Shown here: positions 31,828-41,767 of the stretch, piece after piece
How the letters are laid out: the number at the start of each line of letters is the position of its first letter
Position numbering within the stretch: the first letter of the stretch is position 1
Assembly (NCBI GenBank): GCA_043817155.1
Contig: JBDRHE010000085.1
Location: forward strand, 1,464 to 65,463
Length of the DNA stretch: 64,000 nt
Source: Candidatus Omnitrophota bacterium
GTDB taxonomy: Bacteria; Omnitrophota; Gorgyraeia; JABMRN01; RBG-13-46-9
Reading direction: 5' to 3'
Notes under the pieces: generated by a model
The model's database searches: none
The model's input: the letters and a program-made list of their open reading frames with translations, nothing else
Told to the model about the DNA's origin: nothing
Position numbers and translations under genes: made by a program

Positions 31828-32607
31828 TTAAAAGGGAAGGATCCTTTTCCGGGATATCTTGCCATCTTCAAAACGCAGGGTCTCAAACGTTAAGCCTGTA
31901 AATTTGGCCTCAAAAGCGACGGTTATACCTTTTTTGATCTCTTTTGTGCTCTCCCGGTCTACCGCCACTATCACCTCGTACTCTATTCCGCCAAACGGCC
32001 TTCTTATATAGACAAGGGCTTCTTTTTCAGAGCCGTTTCTCTTTAAAATGTCCTTCACCTTTCCGGCGCCCTTCACGACCTGCCCCTTATATTCCTCAAT
32101 AGTGTTCAGCCGCTCCAGCGTTGTTGAAGAGGATTTCGATATTTTGGATAGTAGCTTGTTCAGCGTCAGACCCTTTGGGGTAACAACATCCCTTTTCTTA
32201 GTTTTCGGAGCGGCCGTCTTCTTCTCTTTTATTTCTATTTCTTTAACGGGCGCAGGCTTCCTCTCCTTGACGAACAGACTTTTGTCCGGTTCCGGCTCCT
32301 TTGCGCGATCGAGAGCTTTCTTTTCTATCTCGACCTTTTTATCGGATGACTTGCTTGGCGATATATTAAAAAATCTGTTTAAGGTCGGTTCCTTTGCGGC
32401 TTTCTTGCCACTCTCTTCGCTTTTTGTCTTAGTCTCCTTCTCTTTCTTGACATCTTCAGATGGCTCTCGAGATATGTTGAAAAGCTTGTTAAGTACCGGC
32501 TCTTTCAAGTCGGTTGCCTTCTCTTTTTCAATTTTTGCTTCTGCAAAGAAAGGCGACACTATTAGATATATTCCGAGTACGAATAGAGAAACTATTTTCT
32601 TAGCCAT
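31828..32607 (-). CDS. Secreted Lys/Glu-rich protein with a probable C-terminal OB-fold
   Basis: Signal peptide, repeated EPxLNxxFNIS, YKGQVV..GKVKDI C-terminus; RBS aaggagg. Confidence 0.7.
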   Translation of the reverse strand: MAKKIVSLFVLGIYLIVSPFFAEAKIEKEKATDLKEPVLNKLFNISREPSEDVKKEKETKTKSEESGKKAAKEPTLNRFFNISPSKSSDKKVEIEKKALDRAKEPEPDKSLFVKERKPAPVKEIEIKEKKTAAPKTKKRDVVTPKGLTLNKLLSKISKSSSTTLERLNTIEEYKGQVVKGAGKVKDILKRNGSEKEALVYIRRPFGGIEYEVIVAVDRESTKEIKKGITVAFEAKFTGLTFETLRFEDGKISRKRILPF

Positions 32608-32822
32608 TAAAACCTCCTTTTGCTTTATACGATGATTATATTGATTATATCATAAAAAAAATATTTTGACAAACGAAAGGGATGCGATTTTAAAGACAGA
32701 AAACATAGCTTGACTTATCAAAAGGGGCATGGGAAAATGAGAGCGTTTCTCACGTAAGAGCAATAGTCGGATGAACCTATGAAGATCGGGTCGTCATAAA
32801 GTCGGATCTCGTCAAAGGAGGT

Positions 32823-33131
32823 GTGCCAATGGATAAGAAGGATAAGGTTATAGCGATACTTTGCGTTGCTTTATTGCTAAGCCTTGCAAGATTTACTATG
32901 TCTGAAATCAGGCTTGTTAAAAGCCAGGCAGAAAAGAACTCTTTCTATGCGAAGCTAAGGGAGACTGAGATCTTAACGACCAGGTTGAGCCAGAATACAG
33001 CGGATCTCAAGTCCATGCTGGGTAAGGCCAGGGAAGAGAAAGATAAGCTTACCATGGAAGCTCATAACCTGAAGCTGGAGATGAAAGCTAAAATAGTTGA
33101 GGCTGGAGCAGATACGACGGCAGGCAAATAA
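32823..33131 (+). CDS. Hypothetical membrane-anchored coiled-coil protein
   Basis: RBS aaggagg, N-terminal TM segment, heptad pattern. Confidence 0.65.
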   Translation: MPMDKKDKVIAILCVALLLSLARFTMSEIRLVKSQAEKNSFYAKLRETEILTTRLSQNTADLKSMLGKAREEKDKLTMEAHNLKLEMKAKIVEAGADTTAGK

Positions 33132-33186
33132 GCCTATCATTTAACTAACCGGGTTGCGCTATAATATTATAATTATCTGAGAAGAG

Positions 33187-35202
33187 ATGAAATATGTCCT
33201 AAATGAAGATCCGGTCAAAAGCTTTAACCGGGTCGATTACAAAGGTACCCTAAATCCTGAGCAATACGAAGTTGTAACAAAAGCCGAAGGGCCGTGTCTG
33301 GTGCTGGCCGGTGCCGGCAGTGGAAAGACAAGGACACTTGTATACCGGGTTTCGTATCTGCTTGAAAAAGGCGTCCCACCGCAGAATATCCTCCTTGTTA
33401 CCTTTACGAATAAAGCCGCAAGAAATATGCAGGATAGGATCGAAACGCTGCTGAAGGCAAAGCCATCAAAGCTCTGGAGCGGAACGTTTCATCATATCGG
33501 CAATAGATCCTTGCATCTTTTCACTAAAGAATTGGGGTACAGGCCGGGGTTCGGTATCCTGGATGAGGAAGACTCAATTGATCTGCTCAAAGTCTGCATA
33601 AAGAACCTGAAGATAAAGATCCATGAGGAGAGATTTCCCCACCCGAAAGTTCTCCGTTCTATAATAAGCTTTTCGGCAAATTCGAAGAAGTCGTTACTTG
33701 AAACGCTGAAGAAGAAGCACCCGTACTTTCTGCGGTTTCACGACACCATAGCGAAAATAGCCGGGGAGTATGAGGTCAAGAAGAAGCGGTCCAACAACGC
33801 TGATTACGACGACCTTCTTACTAAATGGCTCTGGCTCTTAAAGAATGTCCAAAAAGCGAAGGAGCGGTTTTCGGAGCAGTTTCGCTACATCCTGGTTGAC
33901 GAATATCAGGATACGAACAGGTTGCAGTCAGAGATAGTAAGGGAGCTCTCGAGCTTTCACCGGAACGTTCTGGTCGTGGGGGATGACGCTCAATCCATAT
34001 ATTCATTTAGAGGGGCTGAGGTTTCGAACATACTTAAGTTTCCAGATGAGTACCCGGATGCCAAGATCTTTAAACTCGAAAGCAACTACAGGTCATCTCC
34101 GGAGATCCTTGAGCTCGCTAACGATTCTATACAGAATAATACTAACCAGTTTCGCAAACATCTGAGGGCTGTAAGCGATAGCAATATCAAGCCGATACTG
34201 CTGGAAGTGGGAGATCTGCACGATCAGGCCAGGTTTATATCACAGCGCGTTTTAGAACTGCGTGATGAAGGAGTTCCTCTTAACGAGATGGCCGTTCTCT
34301 TCAGGGCGCATTTTCAGTCCGCAGAACTACAGATGGAGCTTACCAAGCGTGACATCCCATTTATTTTACGTGGTGGCATAAGGTTCTTCGAACAGGCGCA
34401 TATCAAAGATGTGCTGGCTCATATAAAAATAATAGTAAACCCGCTCGATGAACTATCGTGGTTAAGGGCGCTCTCTATTCAGCCCGGGATCGGTAGTGTT
34501 TACGCAGGGCGCGTATTTGATGAATTTGCTAATACCGGGTCTCTTGAAAATATGGTAAAGAAACAGTTTGGCGCCTTTCTTCCGGATAGGGCAAGGAGAG
34601 GTCTGGAGCATTTCAAGAAGATAATGCGCGCGATTATGGGTGGGGATTTGGATAAGAAGCCGGATGAAACCATAATAAAGATAATAGATTCGGGCTATGG
34701 CAATCATGTTTTAGCCCATTTTGATAACGCCAAAGACAGGATAGACGACCTACATGAGCTTGCCAATTTTGCTCATAATTACAAGAGTATCAAAACCCTT
34801 CTGCATGATATTACACTGAGGGAGTCGTTCAAGGGCGAGACTATAACTCGAGCGCCCTCAAACGATGAATATCTCGTGCTTTCCACTATACATCAGGCGA
34901 AAGGGTTGGAGTGGAATACGGTATTTATTATTGGCTTGTGCGAAGGGCAGTTTCCACACTCCAAGGTGAAGGACGAACCCAACGAACTAGAGGAGGAGAG
35001 GAGGCTCTTTTATGTAGCAACGACAAGAACTAAGAGAGAGTTGTATCTTTTGCATCCTATTACGAGGTACGACTACCAGATGGGAACGGTTATAACGAGA
35101 AGATCGGTCTTTTTGGAGGAGCTTAATACTGATCTTTTTGATAAGTGGGAGATAGAAGAGCGATCCACAGAAGACCCTATTATTGATCTCGATATAGAAT
35201 AG
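33187..35202 (+). CDS. UvrD/PcrA/Rep superfamily 1 helicase
   Basis: AGAGSGKT, VDEYQD, GDDAQSIYSFRGA, STIHQAKGLEW, EERRLFYVA. Confidence 0.95.
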   Translation: MKYVLNEDPVKSFNRVDYKGTLNPEQYEVVTKAEGPCLVLAGAGSGKTRTLVYRVSYLLEKGVPPQNILLVTFTNKAARNMQDRIETLLKAKPSKLWSGTFHHIGNRSLHLFTKELGYRPGFGILDEEDSIDLLKVCIKNLKIKIHEERFPHPKVLRSIISFSANSKKSLLETLKKKHPYFLRFHDTIAKIAGEYEVKKKRSNNADYDDLLTKWLWLLKNVQKAKERFSEQFRYILVDEYQDTNRLQSEIVRELSSFHRNVLVVGDDAQSIYSFRGAEVSNILKFPDEYPDAKIFKLESNYRSSPEILELANDSIQNNTNQFRKHLRAVSDSNIKPILLEVGDLHDQARFISQRVLELRDEGVPLNEMAVLFRAHFQSAELQMELTKRDIPFILRGGIRFFEQAHIKDVLAHIKIIVNPLDELSWLRALSIQPGIGSVYAGRVFDEFANTGSLENMVKKQFGAFLPDRARRGLEHFKKIMRAIMGGDLDKKPDETIIKIIDSGYGNHVLAHFDNAKDRIDDLHELANFAHNYKSIKTLLHDITLRESFKGETITRAPSNDEYLVLSTIHQAKGLEWNTVFIIGLCEGQFPHSKVKDEPNELEEERRLFYVATTRTKRELYLLHPITRYDYQMGTVITRRSVFLEELNTDLFDKWEIEERSTEDPIIDLDIE

Positions 35203-35215
35203 GAAGGAAGGCAGA

Positions 35216-35395
35216 ATGAAGATAAACATTAGACACATTAAGGACAAGGATCAGTTTGAGCTACAGATAATAGAGCCCAGGCTAAGGTCACACTTTTTAA
35301 TAAACCGTAAGGTTCTGAACGACCTGCGCGTATTGATCGAAAGGGTTCTTGTAGACACAGCCAATAAGCAAAAAGGCCGGGAACTGAAACCCTAA
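35216..35395 (+). CDS. Small hypothetical protein (59 aa; absent from the ORF track)
   Basis: MKINIRHIKDKDQFELQII...ELKP*; purine-rich RBS; starts 13 bp after the helicase stop. Confidence 0.55.
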   Translation: MKINIRHIKDKDQFELQIIEPRLRSHFLINRKVLNDLRVLIERVLVDTANKQKGRELKP

Positions 35396-35576
35396 CGGGT
35401 AATCTAAACATTTCGTTAAGTCACCAATTGTAGGCATGATTAGGTATGAAAGTATATTATCTATGCACTTTTTTAACCTTTAAGCGGAAAAGGGCGTAAA
35501 AGAATAGTACAATTTTTTATTACACAGCCATTACCATTTATGCAGAAAATATGGTATACTATATAGTAGAAACGGA

Positions 35577-35948
35577 GTGGTTATAAAAATGGAAAGCGAG
35601 TACACGGGCATAGAGAGAAGACGGTCACCACGGGTTAAAACGTGGCTGAAGGCTAAGTTGTTCGGTAAGAATTGTAGAAGATTCCTGCCCGTTATCAATT
35701 TAAGCTATCACGGGGCGCTCCTTAAATCTCGCCGGTTTTTGCGCCCCGACGAAGAGCTTGACCTTTCGATAGAGCTCCCTGTTTCGTGGAATTCAATCAA
35801 TCTAAAAGCAAGGGTTGCAAGGGTGAACGCGGTATGCTCGATGTGGGGCTTCTCTACGTTCTATGTAGGCATTGAATTCCTTAACCTTATTCCTGCCCAA
35901 AAGGAGACTCTGGCGGAATCGATCGTTACCCTGATGAAAGCTGCCTAA
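35577..35948 (+). CDS. Stand-alone PilZ domain protein
   Basis: ERRRSPR and NLSYHG motifs. Confidence 0.88.
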   Translation: MVIKMESEYTGIERRRSPRVKTWLKAKLFGKNCRRFLPVINLSYHGALLKSRRFLRPDEELDLSIELPVSWNSINLKARVARVNAVCSMWGFSTFYVGIEFLNLIPAQKETLAESIVTLMKAA

Positions 35949-36206
35949 AATCACACCTCATTTCAATTTGTTGTTGTCATCAGATTGTGGTGCATTCTAA
36001 GCAAAGGGCTAAAACGCTGAAAGTTAGGGTTAAAAAAAGTCAGAATTTGGCCTATTGACATTTCTACAGAAGATCGGTATACTTATATTATGATGTATGG
36101 AACAGAATGTTGTATGGAATAGTTTCGCATTCATGAGCGAAAGGGGCGAATTTTTTTTAATTACTTATTTCACTGTTTAAATATGAGCCGAAGGATGCTA
36201 TAAAAA

Positions 36207-36461
36207 ATGAAGAAACTGTTTATCATAATGGTTGCATTAATAATAAGTGCTGGTTTATCGATACTTACACGTGCCTCCGGCGATGAGAAGAAGAGGGTTG
36301 AAAATCAGGAACCTCTAAAGGTTGTAACTGGTGGCGGGCAAACAGCAGAGATCCTTCAGCGCAAGGTTGTTCAAGATGAGCTATATATGATGTTTACCGG
36401 AGAGCTGATGATGGACATAGAGAGAGAGGGTGAAGGGAGGGATTTGCCTAAAAGAAAGTAG
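36207..36461 (+). CDS. Hypothetical small exported protein
   Basis: MKK signal peptide; upstream TTGACA-17-TATACT. Confidence 0.65.
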   Translation: MKKLFIIMVALIISAGLSILTRASGDEKKRVENQEPLKVVTGGGQTAEILQRKVVQDELYMMFTGELMMDIEREGEGRDLPKRK

Positions 36462-36805
36462 ACTATAGTAAAATTTTTTAGCTTTTTATCCACCATGAGA
36501 AAGCCGGGTAAACAAGATACCTTTAAATATATATTCCTGGAGATCATAGATCGCTCCCTTAGCTAATTAGTAATTCCCGTGTATACATTATTGTAGAACA
36601 CGGGTTTTTTTATGCAGTGTTTAGGCGCATTTTAAAATCAGCCGATTGGCCGGGGAGACTGCGGCCTACGGAAGCATCTTGCTTTCATTTACTGATCCCG
36701 ATATAACTAATCTTTGGTAAAAAAACAAACGTTACAGGGAGTTATTTATCTTGACATTATATAAACACATGTTAAAATTACGCCAGCAGAAAAATAAGTA
36801 AAAAA

Positions 36806-37021
36806 ATGGACAATCCAGTAAAATCATTCAGAAGTCGGTTCAAAATATCCGTGGATGATCTCGCCAAGAAGATAGGGGTAAGCAGGATGACTATCTACAG
36901 ATGGGAAAAAGCAAAGCATAAACCCCACAATAACCACTACGAAAAACTTGAACGCATGATCCGCACGTATAGCCTCATGAGCCACGGCCGAACTCACGAC
37001 AGCAGTCATTCACATCACTAA
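36806..37021 (+). CDS. XRE-family HTH protein
   Basis: LAKKIGVSRMTIYRWE..P; upstream TTGACA-16-TAAAAT. Confidence 0.8.
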   Translation: MDNPVKSFRSRFKISVDDLAKKIGVSRMTIYRWEKAKHKPHNNHYEKLERMIRTYSLMSHGRTHDSSHSHH

Positions 37022-37127
37022 CTATAAAGAAACGGTCTCAACTCTTATTCCCACCACAAAAGAGATTCTTGCGGAAATATTCTTTCCTACAGAATAATCC
37101 ATAGATAGATATGCAGAATGACGAACT

Positions 37128-37143
37128 TGGCACGGTTCTTGCT
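37128..37143 (+). promoter_or_regulatory. Sigma54 -24/-12 promoter
   Basis: TGGCACGGTTCTTGCT matches TGGCACG-N4-TTGC. Confidence 0.7.
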
Positions 37144-37257
37144 TGGTAACATTTTGAGGAAAAGGAGTATCGTTGCTGCCGCAGAATTTGTGTTTATATG
37201 TATAAAAAAATCTCTTCCATCATGGCTGAGCTATTGCAAAAGGGACGAAATAAAAGC

Positions 37258-37725
37258 ATGAAGAAAATAAACCTTTTTTTACTTCTAACATTTACATTCC
37301 TCTTATCACTGCATATCTGTGTGTATGGTTCTGTATACATGTATGATAAAATACCGAATTCTGAATTCTATGCGCAAGAGACCGCATATATAGAAGGCGT
37401 AGTAGTTTTTAACGAGACACTTCGTCCGCCGCTCGATCTCTACATTGTAGAGCTAACCATGAAGAACAGATCGGAAGAACCGATAAACCTCAACGATGCG
37501 ATGTATGAAGCTATAAGAGAAGACGGCAGTATCTGTTATATGGATTTTGAGGAGATAGATTTTGACGGACCATATAACGATAAATTGATCCTGAAACCGG
37601 GCAATATCGCTACAATATATTGCCGAACACCGATCGCAAATAAAGACGTAAATTCGATAAATGTACGGATGCAGAACGGCAAAGATATACTCTTTGTCCC
37701 ACACACGAAGCCAGCCGAAATATAA
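37258..37725 (+). CDS. Secreted beta-sandwich (DUF4352-like) protein; paralog of 49852-50400
   Basis: MKKINL signal peptide; VELTMKNRS..LKPG pattern. Confidence 0.7.
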   Translation: MKKINLFLLLTFTFLLSLHICVYGSVYMYDKIPNSEFYAQETAYIEGVVVFNETLRPPLDLYIVELTMKNRSEEPINLNDAMYEAIREDGSICYMDFEEIDFDGPYNDKLILKPGNIATIYCRTPIANKDVNSINVRMQNGKDILFVPHTKPAEI

Positions 37726-37834
37726 GAATGTTTCTTCTCGCCCTATAATCTAAAAAATAAACTTTCCGACATCTATGTTCGTTGACTTGACAATATGGAT
37801 AATATTGTGTAGAGTGTAAGGTCAAGGTGTTACT

Positions 37835-38944
37835 ATGATTAGATCGAGGATGGTCCGCTTTACATTGGCAACGGTTGTTTTTTTGACCGTGCTCCTGGTG
37901 CTTGTCCTGCTCTACCTTAAGATCTACGGAAAGAATGTTCTGGAGAAAGTGTTGAGTAGCATGCTCGGGACAAAGGTTGAATTCACGGGCCTGACAATTA
38001 ATCCGGACAGATACGCGCTTAAATTTAAAGGGGTTAAACTGCCTGAGAAGATCGATTTCAAGGACCGGTCTATATTCAGCGCCAAGAACTTCACGGTCTT
38101 CCTTGATAAGAGAGAACTCAAAGAAAAGAGGAAAATAGCGATCGATGAGATATTGATCGAAGAGGGCGTCTTTACTGTTGAGCGCAATAGGGCAGGGGTC
38201 CTTAATATATCCGGTTTGCCCGGTAAAAAACGCTCGATCCAGACCGGCGTAGCGTATGCAAACGAGCCAGAGCCTACAGGTCTTTACAGTTTTGCCAGCA
38301 GCATACGAAAGCTTATTATAAAGGATTCTGTAATAGAATTCAAGGACCACTTTATTTATGATGTGCCGTTTATAGTCACCTGTGAAGACTTCAGCGCAGA
38401 TATAACATCTATGCGTAAGCCATTAAAGAAGACCGGTTATATCCCTATTTTTTGCGAATTGAGCTGTACCATCCCAAGCGATCGATATGGAAAAGGGGAG
38501 ATCGCGATAGACACGGATCTGTCAGTCTATAAGTACATGTACGATGCGGATATGACTGTAACGCTCAGGCGCGTGGACCTCATGCGTTTTTTCCCGTACA
38601 TTGAGAAATATACACCGTTCTCTATCAGTGATGGCCTTGCCAGCTCTGACACTAAATTTGAATTGCGGAATAACAGGATAAATTCCATTACCAATGTGGT
38701 CTTTCACAGGTTGCGCTTAGTATCCGAACCGGGCAGCCGCGACGGTCAATTCCTGCAAACCTCTGTAAGCAGGCTCCTGCCTTATTTGACATCGAGGCAG
38801 GGTGAAATACTCTTCGACTTCGTCATAAGGGGTCCGGCCAATCAGCCCGAGGTATCCCTTGGGCCACAAGTACGTAGCGCGATGAGCTCCGCAGTTATGG
38901 GCGAGGTAGGTAGCGCCCTCCAGGGCTTACAGGGCCTTCAGTAA
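37835..38944 (+). CDS. DUF748/AsmA-like protein
   Basis: N-terminal TM segment, beta-rich, VER..G.LNI, FVIRGP..PEV. Confidence 0.8.
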   Translation: MIRSRMVRFTLATVVFLTVLLVLVLLYLKIYGKNVLEKVLSSMLGTKVEFTGLTINPDRYALKFKGVKLPEKIDFKDRSIFSAKNFTVFLDKRELKEKRKIAIDEILIEEGVFTVERNRAGVLNISGLPGKKRSIQTGVAYANEPEPTGLYSFASSIRKLIIKDSVIEFKDHFIYDVPFIVTCEDFSADITSMRKPLKKTGYIPIFCELSCTIPSDRYGKGEIAIDTDLSVYKYMYDADMTVTLRRVDLMRFFPYIEKYTPFSISDGLASSDTKFELRNNRINSITNVVFHRLRLVSEPGSRDGQFLQTSVSRLLPYLTSRQGEILFDFVIRGPANQPEVSLGPQVRSAMSSAVMGEVGSALQGLQGLQ

Positions 38945-39160
38945 CTTACTTTCCACCTATCCGTGTAATCAAAACTATATAAACTCCGTATAATCTGTGC
39001 ATTATTTCGTCTCGAGTTAACTATGAAAAAGTTACCTCATAATCTATTGTTATTTTTTCCTATTAAAGGCATACTTATATTAGGAGGCATGAATAAGTAT
39101 ATACAGTTATTAAGAGCGTAAAGAAGTTATTTCTTCGGACTGCATTGAAACTGAGAGAAG

Positions 39161-39547
39161 GTGAGACGCATGAACCCAATGAGTTATCAACCGGCGAATA
39201 CAAATGTAGAAAAGAGGGCATACAAACGTATACGTAGGGGATATATGTTCCAATATAGAATAAACCCGCAGTCAACCTGGGACGCTGTTGTTATGCATGA
39301 TCTCAGTGCGGGGGGCATGGCATTCAACTGTGGCAAGACCATTGAGAACGACGCTATCCTGGATGTCAAGATAAACTTCCCATCATCAAACCGACCGATA
39401 GAATGCGCAGGCCGTGTCGTGCGCTCAAGGAAAGATGCATACTTACCGATGTACCATATAGCGCTCTCCTTCATGGATATAGCTGACGACGCGAAGAACC
39501 ATATTAATAAACTCGCTGAAGAGTTTCATGCAAAGGAAAGACTATAA
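39161..39547 (+). CDS. Stand-alone PilZ domain protein
   Basis: EKRAYKR and DLSAGG motifs, GRVVR. Confidence 0.9.
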   Translation: MRRMNPMSYQPANTNVEKRAYKRIRRGYMFQYRINPQSTWDAVVMHDLSAGGMAFNCGKTIENDAILDVKINFPSSNRPIECAGRVVRSRKDAYLPMYHIALSFMDIADDAKNHINKLAEEFHAKERL

Positions 39548-39659
39548 ATCCAACTTTGCTACATGTTAGTATTGAAGTGCGTAATTTTATAAAGACCGTT
39601 AATCCAATAAATAGTTATCTACTCTTTACAAATGCTTATTTTAAAGGTATACTTTAATT

Positions 39660-39742
39660 AGAATTAAATAAGGAGGTGGCCAAGTAGCGCAAAGCTGCGA
39701 AGGTTTACTACCTATGAAAGCCCGCAAGAACGCGGGCTTTTT
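39660..39742 (+). ncRNA. Candidate small RNA
   Basis: TTTACA-17-TATACT promoter, ~80 nt, GC-rich hairpin and T-run; no ORF. Confidence 0.4.
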
Positions 39743-39995
39743 CATTATCATATAACTAATAGGGGAAAGGGTCTTTGACCCGGTCTGCGGGGTTGTCCAA
39801 CCCCGGCTTGGAATCTGGACTTATTTTCTGGCCGCTCTAGGTAAGCTTGGTTAGGGAATAAAAAAGCTTGCCATATACGTTTGCCTATTCTTACGTTTTA
39901 GGGTATAATCTATTACGAAGGGTAGGACAGCGCTATAGAATGTGATGCAGCATTATGTTGCATTTTTTTATCAGCGGTTATTATGAGGATTAAAA

Positions 39996-41621
39996 ATGTT
40001 TAATATGCGTGTTAAGTTATTAAGGAAGTTGCTGGCTCTGCCGATCGTGCTGGCATTCCTCTTTAACGTGATAGTAATCGACGCCGTGTATGCCGTAGAA
40101 AAAAAGGGATATACCTCTAGCAAACAGCCAAAGGAAGAGCTTCCCTCTAAGGATTCGAGCGATCTAACTAAGTACCTTAAGCATGTGTCCGCGTTGATTG
40201 AGCAGAAGAACGATATCTTAAAAGAGATATCTCAAAAAACGCCACCCACTGATCAGAACGATTCATTAACTGAACGGCTTGAAAATCATGGGTATTTAGA
40301 CATATCTGAAATAACCCTAGATAGAAAGGGATATGAATGTCTGATAAGGGATTTTGACCTGCCATTGGATGATATCAAGTATTTACCCGAAGACATACTT
40401 CTATTTTATAAAGAGAACGGCACAAAAGAGACGCTCGAATACATAAAGTACGCAAAAGAGATCTATGGCCAAAGAAAAGATAAGCCCGGCAAAGATACCC
40501 CAACGGAAATACCCCGCAAAGAAAAGGATCCCCCACCGGCGAAACCTCGCATCATTGACGAACCCGCTAAAATCGACTTACCCAAACCTTATCCTTGGAA
40601 CCCTTATCAGTTAGGAGAAGACTTTGTATCCTATGTAGAGGATGTCGCGTTACATGTGTTCGATGATAACGGGAACGGTCTTCTGGATGGCACGGAGATC
40701 CTAGCGCAAGATGAACGTCTGCATTCCCGGCGCATAGGTTCTTTCTATTATAGTTACTCTGAAAACGGCAGCTATGGTGGAAGTGAATTTATATTTAATC
40801 ATCATGTAAGAGATCTATTGGGTTTCATATTTATCTATATCGCTCAGGATTACTGGAACGCGACGCCCCAAGAGATCGCTCCCGGCGTTTTGGCGACTTT
40901 CACGGAATCGGACGATGGCAATCAATATACAGTCACTCTGACCGGTGACGCGTGGACCATAACTATTTTATATAAGAGGCCACCCGGTGTCGACACTACG
41001 ACAGTAACCGAAATGAGAAGGATATTCGCGGGAATCGAAGAAGCTATGGACGGCCTCTCTCATGAGTTCGACAATCTTGAAAAAGAAGGGGGAGAACACC
41101 CGGCGGGTGCTACTCCTGACAGAGAGAAGCTTAGAATGGAGCTCGGAAGCACTGACATCTTATCCAATGACGGCAACAGGAAAGAAGAAGCATTAAAGAA
41201 ACCTTATGCTCCTAAAGGCGAAAGCGATGAAACCGGGGAAACTGTCGAATCAGAAAGAAGAACGGTTAGCGCGTCGCGAAGCTACAAAAACACACAGAAA
41301 ACAGATTCGCCTCGCGATAAAGATGTCCTATTTAAAAAAGGAGAAAAGGTGCTAGAGGGCGCCGCTATTTCCTTTAACGACGTTGACCAAAATACTCAAA
41401 TTGACAACGAAACATCTCACCGGAAAGGATATTCATTATTGGATGATCAATGGAGGGATGCCAAAACGGTCTTTGATAAGGCATTTGAGAAGGTTTTATA
41501 TGAAGAGGCGGGCGCCGTATCTTCAGGGGATGGGGCCGTTATCTTATTAAAATCATTCAAAGTATCTGACGATAGCGATGAGGAGAGCGAAGAGGACGAC
41601 GGTGAGAGTGACCAGACATAA
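39996..41621 (+). CDS. Large secreted hypothetical protein with an EF-hand-like loop and acidic tail
   Basis: Signal peptide (VYA), DDNGNGLLDGTE, Pro-rich linker, D/E-rich end. Confidence 0.75.
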   Translation: MFNMRVKLLRKLLALPIVLAFLFNVIVIDAVYAVEKKGYTSSKQPKEELPSKDSSDLTKYLKHVSALIEQKNDILKEISQKTPPTDQNDSLTERLENHGYLDISEITLDRKGYECLIRDFDLPLDDIKYLPEDILLFYKENGTKETLEYIKYAKEIYGQRKDKPGKDTPTEIPRKEKDPPPAKPRIIDEPAKIDLPKPYPWNPYQLGEDFVSYVEDVALHVFDDNGNGLLDGTEILAQDERLHSRRIGSFYYSYSENGSYGGSEFIFNHHVRDLLGFIFIYIAQDYWNATPQEIAPGVLATFTESDDGNQYTVTLTGDAWTITILYKRPPGVDTTTVTEMRRIFAGIEEAMDGLSHEFDNLEKEGGEHPAGATPDREKLRMELGSTDILSNDGNRKEEALKKPYAPKGESDETGETVESERRTVSASRSYKNTQKTDSPRDKDVLFKKGEKVLEGAAISFNDVDQNTQIDNETSHRKGYSLLDDQWRDAKTVFDKAFEKVLYEEAGAVSSGDGAVILLKSFKVSDDSDEESEEDDGESDQT

Positions 41622-41649
41622 CTAGCTTGCAACGCACGGTACTTTTTAT

Positions 41650-41681
41650 AACGAGGTTAGAGAGGATCTAACCTCGTTTTT
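41650..41681 (+). terminator. Intrinsic terminator
   Basis: aacgaggttaga-gagga-tctaacctcgtt followed by a T-run. Confidence 0.7.
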
Positions 41682-41767
41682 TATTGACAAAAGAGGAGCA
41701 TTGTAACAGAATAAGCCTAATATTACGGAGTTTTACGCGTGAAATATTGTTTTAGATATAGGGTTTT

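Noticed and set aside
35950-39900. c-di-GMP-I riboswitch near the PilZ genes
   Set aside because: GCAAA-like words occur, but the two-stem GEMM architecture could not be built.
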